Shown: positions 9,490 through 19,552 of the stretch, in pieces
Numbering within the stretch: position 1 is the first letter of the stretch
How the letters are laid out: every line of letters starts with the position of its first letter
Assembly (NCBI GenBank): GCA_965140445.1
Contig: OZ223236.1
Location: 3,232,001-3,296,000 of the forward strand
Length of the DNA: 64,000 bases
Reading direction: 5' to 3'
DNA from: Candidatus Ozemobacteraceae bacterium
GTDB lineage: Bacteria > Muiribacteriota > Ozemobacteria > Ozemobacterales > Ozemobacteraceae
Notes under the pieces: generated by a model
Seen by the model: only the letters and a program-made list of their open reading frames with translations
Told to the model about the DNA's origin: nothing
The model's database searches: none
Made by a program: the position numbers and the translations under genes

Positions 9490-10656
9490 ATGGAAGAAAA
9501 TTTCTTTGAATTAAGAAAGTTTGTTGCCCCGGAATTTATTTTTGGAGTAGGAGCGAGAAATCTTGCTGGCAAATATGCTCGAAACCTTGGAATTCAAAAA
9601 GTTTTAATCGTTACTGATCCCGGTGTAATAAATGCGGGATGGTGTACTGAGTTACAAAATTCCTTGGAAAATGAAGCCATTTCCTATTCTATTTTTTCTG
9701 ATATTACCCCAAATCCCAGAGATCATGAAACTATGGCTGGCGCTAAAGCTTATTTGGAAAATGATTGTAATGGAATAATTGCAATCGGTGGTGGAAGTCC
9801 TATGGATTGCGCTAAAGGCATAGGAATTGCTGTATCCAATGGACAACATGTTTTGGAATTCGAAGGGGTAGATGAAGTTAAAATTCCAGGCCCACCCTTA
9901 ATTTGTATTCCAACAACTTCTGGAACTTCAGCTGACGTTTCTCAATTTGCGATAATTTCTGATACAAAAAGAATGGTCAAAATCGCAATTGTCAGCAAAA
10001 TGGTAGTTCCGGATGTGGCACTTATTGATCCGAAAACTACCACAACCATGCCGAAAGATCTTACCGCATTCACGGGCTTAGATGCATTAACGCATGCAAT
10101 TGAAGCATATTGCTCTAACGCCTCTTCTGTAATAACAGATCTTCATTCTATGGAAGCGACCAGATTAATTCTTGAGAATTTGGAATTAGCATATCAAAAT
10201 CCCCTTGAGATGGTTCCCAGATCAAAAATGACTCTAGGAAGCCTATATGCAGGACTTGCTTTTTCTAATGCAAGCCTTGGTGCTGTACATGCTATGGCTC
10301 ATAGTCTCGGGGGGTTATTGGATTTTCCACATGGTCAAGCAAATGCAATTTTGTTAGATTTGATTGTTGAATTTAACTTTCCAGCAATGCCAGAAAAATT
10401 TAGACGCTTAGCTGCATCAATAGGCTGCAATTCAACAGGATCTGATCAGGAAGTAAAAGATTCCATTGTTGGAAGAATAAGAACCTTTAAAAAAGCTATT
10501 GGAGTAACCCAGACACTTGGTGAATTAGGTTTAAACTCTAATAGTATTCCAGATTTAGCTAAGAATGCGATGCAGGATGCTTGTATTGTTACTAATCCAA
10601 GAATTCCAACTCAAAGGGACATAGAAGAGCTTTATGAAAAGGCCCTTGGAAAATAA
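9490..10656 (+). CDS. ercA: Iron-containing alcohol dehydrogenase-like regulatory protein (ErcA type)
   Basis: N-terminal ELRKFVAPEFIFG typical of ErcA; GGGSPMD, PTTSGT, DALTHAIE, HAMAH..G...PHG. Confidence 0.8.
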   Translation: MEENFFELRKFVAPEFIFGVGARNLAGKYARNLGIQKVLIVTDPGVINAGWCTELQNSLENEAISYSIFSDITPNPRDHETMAGAKAYLENDCNGIIAIGGGSPMDCAKGIGIAVSNGQHVLEFEGVDEVKIPGPPLICIPTTSGTSADVSQFAIISDTKRMVKIAIVSKMVVPDVALIDPKTTTTMPKDLTAFTGLDALTHAIEAYCSNASSVITDLHSMEATRLILENLELAYQNPLEMVPRSKMTLGSLYAGLAFSNASLGAVHAMAHSLGGLLDFPHGQANAILLDLIVEFNFPAMPEKFRRLAASIGCNSTGSDQEVKDSIVGRIRTFKKAIGVTQTLGELGLNSNSIPDLAKNAMQDACIVTNPRIPTQRDIEELYEKALGK

Positions 10657-13108
10657 AAATTGGGAAAACTTACGCTCAGCTCTGATTGGATTTGGTGAAA
10701 AATCAATCAGTAAAAGTTATTATCCCGAGTTACAAAGAAAGCTTAAGGAGCTTGAGCGCTTTAAAACCCTACTAGATCATTCCCATGATGGAATATTTCT
10801 GTTCGAGCTCGATAGCTTCTTATTAATTGATGCCAATAATTCAGCTTTGAGTCAAATTGGTCTTTCTAAATTTGAGACTATCGGCAAAGTTTTTCATGAA
10901 ACTGTTAAACTATCAGAAGTAGAAACAATTGTTAGTTTCTTTAAAGAGGTTAATAATCCTCAAAATTCCCTTATTTTGAATTCAGATTTAGAAAACAACC
11001 TGGGAGAAGTTTTTCAAGTTGAGGTTGTGTTACAAAAAGACAAGTTTGAGTCCAATAATTATGGTGTTCTTGTAATTAGAGAAATTGGTGAAAAATTACT
11101 TGTCGAACGATCTTTAAGAGCCCTGGCAAAAGATTTTGTTTCTCTTACTGGAAGAGAATTCTTTAATGCTGTTTGCAGATTCTTAAAGGAACTAACTAAA
11201 GCGGATAACGTTTTCATTGGTGAAAATTTAGAACCACAAGAGAAGGTTAAATTTTTAGGTGGGGCCTTTGAAAAAAATGAGCCAATTTATAATCTATACC
11301 CATTTTCAAACTTTCCTTGTATAAAAACTTTTAAAAAGCAAATGTGTCTTGTTAAAAATTGTGGTAAAAACTTTTTCCCAGAAAATGATATGTTTACCGA
11401 GTTTGATGCAAGAAGCTATTTTTGCGCACCAATTACGGGCAAGTTTAACAAAAAATTGGGTTTTTTAATCATTCTTCATAGCAGTTCCAATAAAGTTTTT
11501 GAGATTGCTGAAATAATTTTTAATATATTTTCAGACCGAATTGCTGCAGAAATAGAGAGAATTAGAGTTGAAAAAGAATTTGAAGAAAGCCAGAGAAAAT
11601 ATAGCCAAATCTTTAATTCCACCTCTGAAGCTATTCTAATTCAAGATTTTCCTAGTTGGAGAATTGTAGAAGTTAATGAAGCAATGCTTAAGCTTTTTAT
11701 CTTAAAAAATGAAGATTTACGTTTAATAGAAGTTAATGACCTTTTCTCAGCCAATCAAAATCATGAAAAATTTACTTCTTTCAAAAAGAAATTTGAAAAA
11801 CATTTAAATTCCACTGGTATTTTTCACTTTGAGTGGGAAATGGTAAAAAAAACGGGTGAAAAATTCTGGGCTGATATATCTTTCAAAAGGATTTTCTTAA
11901 ATAAAACCGATCGTATTTTAACTGTTGTTAGAGATATTTCTTTGAGAAAAAAGTCAGAGGAAAAATTAATTGAAGCTCAAAAGCTTGATTCCATTGGAAA
12001 TCTCGCAGCCGGGGTTGCTCATGATTTTAACAATATGTTAAGTGGTATAATGGGCTTTGCGTCTTTATTAATAGAAGATGAAAAGAATCCCGAGAAAATT
12101 TCTTTTCTAGAGGGTATTTTGGAGTCTTCAAAAAAAGCTGCAGAGCTAACGCAAAAACTGCTGGGTTTTGGACGCAGAGGGAAAAATATTTCTGAACCTT
12201 TAAACCTAAATGAAATTATTGATGAAGTCTCTAATTTGTTTTTAAGAACGGTTGATAAATATGAAGACATAATGTTATTGAAAAATTTATCTGCTGATAT
12301 TCCCACAATTGACGCCGACCCATCACAAATTTCTCAGGTTTTTATGAACTTGCTTGTTAATGCAAAAGAATCTGGGCGGGGCACTGGAGTAAAAATTGAC
12401 ATATCAACTTCTAATGTTACAAAAACCAACTCCTGGAATTCAAAACTTTCTGAACCAATAATAGAAGAATTTGTTGAAGTAGTTGTTCGGGATAATGGAA
12501 ATGGAATTGAGAAAAAAAACTTAAAAAGAGTTTTCGAGCCATTTTACACCACAAAAACTGAAGGTGACATAAAGGGTACTGGACTTGGTTTAGCGATGGT
12601 CTATGGAATTATTAAAGGACATCGAGGGTTCATTGAAATAGAAAGCACAGTGGGAAAAGGAACTATTTTCAGACTTTATTTTCCACCTGGTAAAAAAAAG
12701 CTAATTAATAAAGAAAATTTTTCCAAGAATGTTCCAGGCCAGGGCGGGAATGTACTAGTAGTAGATGATGAGGAATTAATTTTAAAAATGGCCTGTAGGA
12801 TGCTAAAAAAACTTGGTTTTAAAACCTTCGTTGCATCTAATGGACTTATGGCTCTTGAAGTTCTGGAAAAGGAAAATTATGATTTTGAATTCATACTTTT
12901 AGACATGAAGATGCCAACCATGGGTGGTCATGAAACTTTTATAAAAATAAAGGAAAAATGTCCTGATTTGAAGGTTCTTTTATCAACAGGTTATGGAAGA
13001 AATGAAGAAGCACAGGGAATTCTTGATTTAGGAGTTTCTGGTTTGCTTTTGAAACCCTATTCATTAGAACAGCTTTCCGAAAAAATTGATTTAATTTTAA
13101 AAAAATAG
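10634..13108 (+). CDS. Hybrid histidine kinase (PAS-GAF-PAS-HisKA-HATPase-REC) with ErcS-like N-terminus
   Basis: [27 protein letters not shown]-box; NLLVNA, DNGNG, FEPFYTTK, GTGLGL; receiver LVVDDE...LDMKMP...LLKP. Confidence 0.9.
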   Translation: MKRPLENKNWENLRSALIGFGEKSISKSYYPELQRKLKELERFKTLLDHSHDGIFLFELDSFLLIDANNSALSQIGLSKFETIGKVFHETVKLSEVETIVSFFKEVNNPQNSLILNSDLENNLGEVFQVEVVLQKDKFESNNYGVLVIREIGEKLLVERSLRALAKDFVSLTGREFFNAVCRFLKELTKADNVFIGENLEPQEKVKFLGGAFEKNEPIYNLYPFSNFPCIKTFKKQMCLVKNCGKNFFPENDMFTEFDARSYFCAPITGKFNKKLGFLIILHSSSNKVFEIAEIIFNIFSDRIAAEIERIRVEKEFEESQRKYSQIFNSTSEAILIQDFPSWRIVEVNEAMLKLFILKNEDLRLIEVNDLFSANQNHEKFTSFKKKFEKHLNSTGIFHFEWEMVKKTGEKFWADISFKRIFLNKTDRILTVVRDISLRKKSEEKLIEAQKLDSIGNLAAGVAHDFNNMLSGIMGFASLLIEDEKNPEKISFLEGILESSKKAAELTQKLLGFGRRGKNISEPLNLNEIIDEVSNLFLRTVDKYEDIMLLKNLSADIPTIDADPSQISQVFMNLLVNAKESGRGTGVKIDISTSNVTKTNSWNSKLSEPIIEEFVEVVVRDNGNGIEKKNLKRVFEPFYTTKTEGDIKGTGLGLAMVYGIIKGHRGFIEIESTVGKGTIFRLYFPPGKKKLINKENFSKNVPGQGGNVLVVDDEELILKMACRMLKKLGFKTFVASNGLMALEVLEKENYDFEFILLDMKMPTMGGHETFIKIKEKCPDLKVLLSTGYGRNEEAQGILDLGVSGLLLKPYSLEQLSEKIDLILKK

Positions 13109-13136
13109 TTTTAATTTTAAAAAAATAGTTTTAATT
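13091..13136. repeat. 20-bp tandem duplication spanning the kinase stop codon
   Basis: TTAATTTTAAAAAAATAGTT twice exactly (13091-13130) plus a partial TTAATT. Confidence 0.9.
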
Positions 13137-13183
13137 GAAGATACTATTTCAATTAAAACATTATCCAAAAAGCTCCTAAAGAA

Positions 13184-13217
13184 AAAAAAATCCCAAGCCG
13201 AAGCTTGGGATTTTTTT
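13184..13217. terminator. Bidirectional intrinsic terminator
   Basis: A-tract-TCCCAAGC-CGAA-GCTTGGGA-T-tract between convergent genes; TTCG loop on the minus strand. Confidence 0.9.
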
Positions 13218-13229
13218 CTTTAAACTATA

Positions 13230-14267
13230 TTAGTGAGTTGGACCAGCAACATCATTTTCAAGATCATAATAATCTTCAGCATTGATAATTGCTTTGCCTT
13301 TGCTACCCATTGGGTAAAGACTTCTGATTGTTCCACCAACAGCATACATCTGCCAGCTGAAAGTTTCGCCATTGATGTTGGCATCAAATTTCATAGCACT
13401 TGGAACGCCACCCTGGTTCTTTGCAGCTTGAATGGCAATGTGACCGAGAGCAAGTATTGATTGAACAGAGTTTCCAAGAAGAAATCCACCAATTTTTTTT
13501 CTTCCAGTTGGAAGTGGTCCTGATCCATCTGGATCCCAGGTAAATTTTCCAGTAAAAACATGATTGTCGTCATGACCAGAAATTGAAGATTGAGCTTCTG
13601 CGTTTCCAGATCTTTCATCTTTATAAAATCTGAACCACCAATGATAACCGCTAACTTTACTTCCTTTAAGTTCTCCTGCGATTACATGTTCGAAACCAAG
13701 GCCAGAACCGAACCAATTATGTTTCAAATCCTGAATAGTTGTGTTGGTTACTTTTAATGCATGCTGAATTGTTGGATCATTTTCAATTGAAGCAAGGAAA
13801 GCATCAATATCATCGTCTAATTTCTTATGATCGTTTGTTCCAGATTTAGGATTAAATTTTTTGCAAAGAGCAAATGCATTTTTGTAGCTTTGTGGAATTT
13901 CTGTTTCGATGTCTTTAATTAAAAGAACTTCTTTAAATCCGTTAGTTTTTTCAACTTTGATAAAATCTTTATCAAGTTTGTCTAATCCTTTAGTATTCAT
14001 TTCAATTTCCTGTTGAATACCACGGATCAGGTCTCGGTTTACATAACCTGGATTTGCTTTGGAAGCACTTTTTTCAGCGGTCGCAATAGCTTGTTTTAAA
14101 TCATATGAATCTTGAATTAAACCGATTGAAATAGATTTTTCAAGATAACTTTTCAGTTGGGGGTTTTTAACGTTTTCAAGTTGGGCACTTAAATCCTGAC
14201 CTGAAAATGCTGAGGAAGAAAATGCAAAAAGAAATGCCATAGATAAAGAAATTACTGCTCGTCTCAT
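13230..14267 (-). CDS. Exported EndoU (XendoU/PP11-type) endoribonuclease
   Basis: GFEHVIAGE-x5-SGYHWWFRFY and downstream KKIGGFLLG match the His/His/Lys EndoU motifs; signal peptide ends AFS; AAGGAG RBS. Confidence 0.8.
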   Translation of the reverse strand: MRRAVISLSMAFLFAFSSSAFSGQDLSAQLENVKNPQLKSYLEKSISIGLIQDSYDLKQAIATAEKSASKANPGYVNRDLIRGIQQEIEMNTKGLDKLDKDFIKVEKTNGFKEVLLIKDIETEIPQSYKNAFALCKKFNPKSGTNDHKKLDDDIDAFLASIENDPTIQHALKVTNTTIQDLKHNWFGSGLGFEHVIAGELKGSKVSGYHWWFRFYKDERSGNAEAQSSISGHDDNHVFTGKFTWDPDGSGPLPTGRKKIGGFLLGNSVQSILALGHIAIQAAKNQGGVPSAMKFDANINGETFSWQMYAVGGTIRSLYPMGSKGKAIINAEDYYDLENDVAGPTH

Positions 14268-14409
14268 TCGCTACTCCTTAATTTTTACTCATTACAACTT
14301 ATCGAGCTAAGAAAATTTAATACAATACTTATATACTTACTTAATACGTTCTATGAGTTTAACATAAATTAAAGAATTTGCAAATACCTCGGTACAATTA
14401 TTTTATTTT

Positions 14410-15918
14410 TTACGTTTTTTTTAAGCATCCTAGCCAAAAATTAGTATATAAAGTCGGCCAGGAGCTTAAAAGCTCCAAGATTTGTGCATTGGAAAGATGA
14501 GTACCCCATTCTTTACTGAAAGGGTCGGAGAATGCTCTGAAAGGCCATTCCGAAATTAGTTTTTCGAATCCAGTTTTTAAAAGAATTTTATCTGTAGAAA
14601 TCTCAGGGTAGATTTCTTTAATTACAGACAAAATAGAAAACAAGGATTTTCTGAAAAGAGCAAAGTTCCCATTTAAGCTTAATCTTCCATTTTCTAATGC
14701 ATCATCCAGAAGTCCAAGAAGCCAATCAAAGCTTGGAAATTTATGACCAGATAGGGCACAAATTGATCTCTCAACAACACTGTTTATCTCGTTTTTTACG
14801 CCTCTATATTTACCAATCTTTTTGAGGGCACGGACAAGTCTGTGTTTGTCCTTTTTTAATCCAGCGAACATTATTTCAATAAAAAGTTCTCTTTCTTTTC
14901 TGTTTAGAGCTACTGTTAGACTCCAATCCAAGGGTACTATTTTTCCATCTTTATCAACTAAGAGATTCCCGGCATGAGGATCACCGTGGAAAATTGTTTT
15001 TTCTTTATTTTGCCAAAAAGGAGCTGCAATCAAAGAGTTAAAAATTCTTTCAGCGATTTCCCTTCTAATGTCAATTGGAGCTTTTAATAAATCTCCAACA
15101 CATAAACCTTCTATCCTCTCCATAGAGGTTACCTTGTCTGTACACCATGGTAAGAGATGGGGCACCCTTGCTTGTCTGGAATCAAGATAATTATTTGACA
15201 TTATTTTCAAATTTTCCTGCTCTACTCTTAAATTTACTTCCTGGGCAACCATTTGTGCTGTTTCATTTAGAGGGTCAGAAAATTCCAGAACGGGCAGTTT
15301 TTTTTCCTTACAAATTGATTTTAAAGCATCCCCAAGATTGGGCCATAGTTCTAATTCTTCTTCAAGGAAATCACGAGCTTCGGGTTTAATTACCTTAAAT
15401 ACCCCTTCAACCATTTCCTCATTTTGCTCAATTCTTTTAAAAGGAATGACAATTGCAACACTAGCTTCTGCAATAGGGTTTTCTTCAAACAAAAACTGTG
15501 AAACATCTATTCCTGAATTACTTAGAATAGAAACAGTATCATCACGTGAAAACTTTGAGGGCATTGTTTCGAGTTCTTTTAAGCTATTTCGCAGCTCTTC
15601 ATTCAATCTACTGTCCCTGGCCAAAACTTGACCAAGCTTGTGCAAGGTTGGACAAGATTGCATAATCTTCTCAAGGCGTTCAGAGGTTGTAGCAAATGGA
15701 CCCATTGAAACCTGGGTGTTAAAAATTTGAGTTTGCCTATCCATGTTCAGGTTAGACAAAAACCAGGCTAGTCCATCTATAACAAGCGGAACAAATCTTT
15801 CATAGCAAACTGGAATAAGCGTTTTAAAATTTAAACGCTCGATAAGGGCATACCAATCCATAATTTTTAGAAATCCTTCCTGGCCGTAAAGATTTCCGGT
15901 GCCTGAAATTTTATACAC
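14410..15918 (-). CDS. ABC1/AarF/UbiB family atypical kinase (true start may be ATG 15861)
   Basis: PTLHKLGQVLA, IAEASVA.V, VFKVIKP, FHGDPHAGN, LDW. Confidence 0.85.
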   Translation of the reverse strand: MYKISGTGNLYGQEGFLKIMDWYALIERLNFKTLIPVCYERFVPLVIDGLAWFLSNLNMDRQTQIFNTQVSMGPFATTSERLEKIMQSCPTLHKLGQVLARDSRLNEELRNSLKELETMPSKFSRDDTVSILSNSGIDVSQFLFEENPIAEASVAIVIPFKRIEQNEEMVEGVFKVIKPEARDFLEEELELWPNLGDALKSICKEKKLPVLEFSDPLNETAQMVAQEVNLRVEQENLKIMSNNYLDSRQARVPHLLPWCTDKVTSMERIEGLCVGDLLKAPIDIRREIAERIFNSLIAAPFWQNKEKTIFHGDPHAGNLLVDKDGKIVPLDWSLTVALNRKERELFIEIMFAGLKKDKHRLVRALKKIGKYRGVKNEINSVVERSICALSGHKFPSFDWLLGLLDDALENGRLSLNGNFALFRKSLFSILSVIKEIYPEISTDKILLKTGFEKLISEWPFRAFSDPFSKEWGTHLSNAQILELLSSWPTLYTNFWLGCLKKT

Positions 15919-16094
15919 TATTTTAGTATAAGAGACAATTAGTTTAACTTTTTACTTTTCGAAAGATCCTTCAAAATGTAATTTATATATACAAATAAAC
16001 TCAGAGAGAAGTAAAATGCTTATCTAACTAATTAAAGAGTTTGGGATTTATAAACCAAAATAGTGACATAAATTTTAAGTAAGGATCGGAACTT

Positions 16095-17066
16095 ATGAAC
16101 CAATTTAAATCGATAGTATTGTTGATCACAGCCTTTGCGTTAATCTGTAATTTTGGTTTCTGCAAAACTATTGTCATTGCCCACAGAGGAGCTTCAGGCT
16201 ACTTGCCGGAACACACACTGGAAGCAAAGGCTCTGGCGTATGGTATGAACCCGGATTTTATTGAGCAAGACGTGGTTCTTACCAAAGATAATGTCCCCAT
16301 AATTGTCCATGATATTCATCTGGATACGATTTCAGATGTAGCTAAGAAATTTCCTGAATCAAAGAGAGAAGACGGACGTTTTTATGCTATTGACTTAAAC
16401 TTAGCTGAAATTAAACAACTTCGAGTTAATGAAAGAATTAATATTACTTCTGGAGAAGCTGTTTTCCCTAACCGGTTCCCACTTTATAAATCCGCCTTTC
16501 AAATACCGACTCTCCAGGAAGAGATCGAATTGATTCAAGGTTTAAATAAAAGCACTGGTAAAGATATTGGAATTTATACTGAGATTAAAGAGCCAGCCTG
16601 GCACCTGAAAGAGGGAAAAGATATTACTAAAATTACTTTAGAGGTATTAAGCTCTTATGGTTATAAATCCAAAGATTCCAACTGTTTTTTGCAATGTTTT
16701 GATGAAAAAGAAGTTAAGAGGATTAAACAGGAGTTAAAATCCGATTTACCTCTGGTTTTGCTTATGGAGGAACCTTTAAAATTGGAGTCATACAAAGGCA
16801 TTATTGATGGAATTGGGCCATCCATTTCGCATTTAGTTAAGGCTGACCAGGAAAAAGGGATTATTTCTACCGGGTATGCAGAAAAAGCGCACCAGCTTGG
16901 TTTTGTGGTTCATCCCTGGACACTAAGGGCGGATAGTTTACCTAAAGATCTTTCTTATAATTTTCTTGCCAGGTTTTTGATTGAACAGGTTAAGGTTGAC
17001 GGCATTTTTACGGATTTTCCTGATAAACTTGTTGAAATCGTTAATGAGAATAAATCGCAAGAATAA
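16095..17066 (+). CDS. glpQ: Glycerophosphodiester phosphodiesterase
   Basis: IAHRGASGYLPEHT, IEQDVVLTKD, IYTEIK, HPWTLRAD, GIFTDFPD; signal peptide. Confidence 0.92.
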   Translation: MNQFKSIVLLITAFALICNFGFCKTIVIAHRGASGYLPEHTLEAKALAYGMNPDFIEQDVVLTKDNVPIIVHDIHLDTISDVAKKFPESKREDGRFYAIDLNLAEIKQLRVNERINITSGEAVFPNRFPLYKSAFQIPTLQEEIELIQGLNKSTGKDIGIYTEIKEPAWHLKEGKDITKITLEVLSSYGYKSKDSNCFLQCFDEKEVKRIKQELKSDLPLVLLMEEPLKLESYKGIIDGIGPSISHLVKADQEKGIISTGYAEKAHQLGFVVHPWTLRADSLPKDLSYNFLARFLIEQVKVDGIFTDFPDKLVEIVNENKSQE

Positions 17067-17136
17067 ATCATATAGTCTAATTATGGTATTCTATTGGTGA
17101 AAAACATAAAATGTATTATTATCTAAATAGATTAAT

Positions 17137-17670
17137 TTGGGATGGATTATGAAAGATCAGAAAAGAAAATATAAATTTTCTTGGGATTTAATTGGAGATA
17201 TTGCGGATGGAAGAGGTAATCTGGGCGAGTTGACCAGGGTTGAAAATTATCGGTTACTTCAATTTACGTTTAGAGATGTTCTTGAAGAAGAATTTGGGAC
17301 AGAAGTCGCAGATAGGATCTTTTATAAATCTGGCTTAAAAGCTGGAAAGGCTTTGTATGAAAAGTTTTTATCATCAGCAAAAGATGTCCCGGATTTATTA
17401 AACCTGTTAAAAAACACCTTGTTAGATTTAAAAGTCGGAGTCTTAAGAGTAGAAGAATTTTTTGAAGAATCCATGAATCTAACCATCACTGTTGCCGAAG
17501 ATTTAGATTGTTCTGGTCTTCCAGAGTTAGATTATGAACTATGTGTATATGATGAAGGTTTCCTGGCAGGCATTTTTGAATCCTTTAATGGAAAGGAATT
17601 TGAAGCAAAAGAGATAGATTGCTGGTGCACTGGCGGCAGAATTTGCAGATTTAAAATCAATCCAAAATGA
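17137..17670 (+). CDS. V4R (4-vinyl reductase) domain protein
   Basis: EDLDCSGLP...CVYDEGF.AG...EIDCWCTG..ICRF. Confidence 0.85.
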   Translation: MGWIMKDQKRKYKFSWDLIGDIADGRGNLGELTRVENYRLLQFTFRDVLEEEFGTEVADRIFYKSGLKAGKALYEKFLSSAKDVPDLLNLLKNTLLDLKVGVLRVEEFFEESMNLTITVAEDLDCSGLPELDYELCVYDEGFLAGIFESFNGKEFEAKEIDCWCTGGRICRFKINPK

Positions 17671-18800
17671 CAGAATTTGATCAAAACTCGGAAAAGCTTT
17701 TAAAAGCTTTTCTTCAAGACCTTCTTAGTGGAGCTGTAGACGTAAAGGTTCCAGAGGGGGTGCCTTGCCAAACAGAGCTTAGGCGACTAAAAGCAATGCT
17801 ATCAGAAATTAAGGTTTTTTCGACCATGCTTTCTGAGGGGGAGTTAAATGCATCCCTAACCTTTAAAGGGCAAATAGCAGGAAGTTTAAAATCTCTTCAG
17901 GCCAGTCTTAAACATTTGGCCTGGCAAACTAGAATGATTGCCGACGGCGATCTTGATCAAAGAATTGATTTTCTGGGGGAGTTTTCAACCTCATTTAATA
18001 AAATGGTTGTAAAACTAAAAGAAGCACGGGAAGGGCTTGAAGAGAAAAATCTTTCTCTCCAACGGCTTTGGGGAGACCTACAGCATGATTTGATGCTCGC
18101 TGCAGAAGCTCAGCAATCTACAATGAATTTTATCAGCGATTTATCATTTATTAAGTCCTACAGAGATTTTATGCCTTTAGAAGTAGTCTCTGGTGATTTC
18201 TATGACGAGTTTTTAGATCCGCTTGGCAATCTAAATATTTTTATTGGAGATGCTACTGGCCATGGAACTTCGGCAGCCTTAATTACCATGATGGTAAAAA
18301 TGGCAATTAGTTATTTGCCTTACGAGCTTTCCACTAGCGAAACATTAAGTAGATTAAATTCGCAGTTCTCTAACTGTTTTCCGGAAGGGCGTTTTGTTTC
18401 TGGTATTTTTTGCAAAGTAAGTCCTAATGGACTTTTAAAAGCTTCCAACGCAGGTCATCCACCTTTATTACTTTTGCCAGCTGATAAAGAGGATTTTGAA
18501 ATATTTTCCGGAACAGGTCTTGCCCTTGGCATGTTTGAAGAAGAGTTTGAAGAATATACGGAGCTCACTTACCAAATGAAGCAGGGAGATCGATTTTTTC
18601 TATTAACCGATGGTATTACAGAATGTCAGACAGAAAGAGGATTTTTTGGACTTGAAGGTGTTAAAAGGTTTTTGTTGAGAGATAGAAAACTTCCCCTGGA
18701 AGATAATGTTAATAGCATGATGAAATTTTTGAGCAAATATAGCTTTGATGATGATATTACAATTTTGGGTTATGAATTTACCGAAACAAAAGAAAAGTAG
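17667..18800 (+). CDS. HAMP-like region plus PP2C/SpoIIE family Ser/Thr phosphatase
   Basis: GDLDQRIDFLGEFS.SFN.M; VSGDFYD, GDATGHG, NAGHPP, LTDGITE, DDITI. Confidence 0.88.
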   Translation: MTEFDQNSEKLLKAFLQDLLSGAVDVKVPEGVPCQTELRRLKAMLSEIKVFSTMLSEGELNASLTFKGQIAGSLKSLQASLKHLAWQTRMIADGDLDQRIDFLGEFSTSFNKMVVKLKEAREGLEEKNLSLQRLWGDLQHDLMLAAEAQQSTMNFISDLSFIKSYRDFMPLEVVSGDFYDEFLDPLGNLNIFIGDATGHGTSAALITMMVKMAISYLPYELSTSETLSRLNSQFSNCFPEGRFVSGIFCKVSPNGLLKASNAGHPPLLLLPADKEDFEIFSGTGLALGMFEEEFEEYTELTYQMKQGDRFFLLTDGITECQTERGFFGLEGVKRFLLRDRKLPLEDNVNSMMKFLSKYSFDDDITILGYEFTETKEK

Positions 18801-19056
18801 CCTTTTGTTAAAATTTTGTTGATTTTTTCTGATGCCGCACCGCACAAGTAATAGTGCGCCAATATTAAAAATTTCGTGATTTTTAATAAAGTAAATCTGG
18901 TAAAACACCTTGAATTATTACTATATTAGATAGTCTTGAGCTTGAGATTAGAGAACCTTAAAAAATAGAATGGCAGAATTTTGACAAAATGCTGCGTCGC
19001 GGAAATTTGTGCTTGATTTTTAGAAAAATACATCTTAGCATTGTGTAGATGTTTTA

Positions 19057-19446
19057 ATGGGGAAGTATGCGATGAGTGAATCTATTAATGAATTTTTAGT
19101 GCGCTATGAAAAAGCCTTCAGAACCCAAAACTGGGATGAAGTTAAAGGCTTTTTCCATGATGAATGCACAATGATCTTTAGTGATGGAACCTATAAGGGA
19201 ATCAATGAAGTAGAAAAAGTAATTAAAAAGATTTTTTCTTTAATAAAAAAACAAACCTATGAGGTTAAAGATTTATATTGGACTTTTAACACCGATAAAA
19301 TGGCCAGTTGCGTATATACATTTTCCTGGTCAGGGGAAGTATTTGGGGCTAAGGCTGTAGGAGCAGGTCGAGGTACAAATTTATTTGTAAAAGAAAACGG
19401 GCAATGGAAAATAGTCAATGAACATTTAGGCCCACTCCCACGTTAA
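19057..19446 (+). CDS. NTF2/SnoaL-like (DUF4440) protein
   Basis: YE.AF...W, GRGTN.F.KENGQWKIVNEHL. Confidence 0.8.
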   Translation: MGKYAMSESINEFLVRYEKAFRTQNWDEVKGFFHDECTMIFSDGTYKGINEVEKVIKKIFSLIKKQTYEVKDLYWTFNTDKMASCVYTFSWSGEVFGAKAVGAGRGTNLFVKENGQWKIVNEHLGPLPR

Positions 19447-19552
19447 ATCCAAAACTTAAAGCAAGAAAGCAAGAGAGAATATTACTTAGTAATATTCTCT
19501 CTTGCTTTTTCCTATATCCGAAGTAAATTTCATAAAAAAAAGGAGGAAAACA

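Noticed and set aside
18801..19056. Possible ncRNA in the 255-bp spacer (CGCAC-N8-GTGCG hairpin)
   Set aside because: Only a 5-bp stem; the rest is explained by a plausible promoter (TTGATT-17-TAGCAT).
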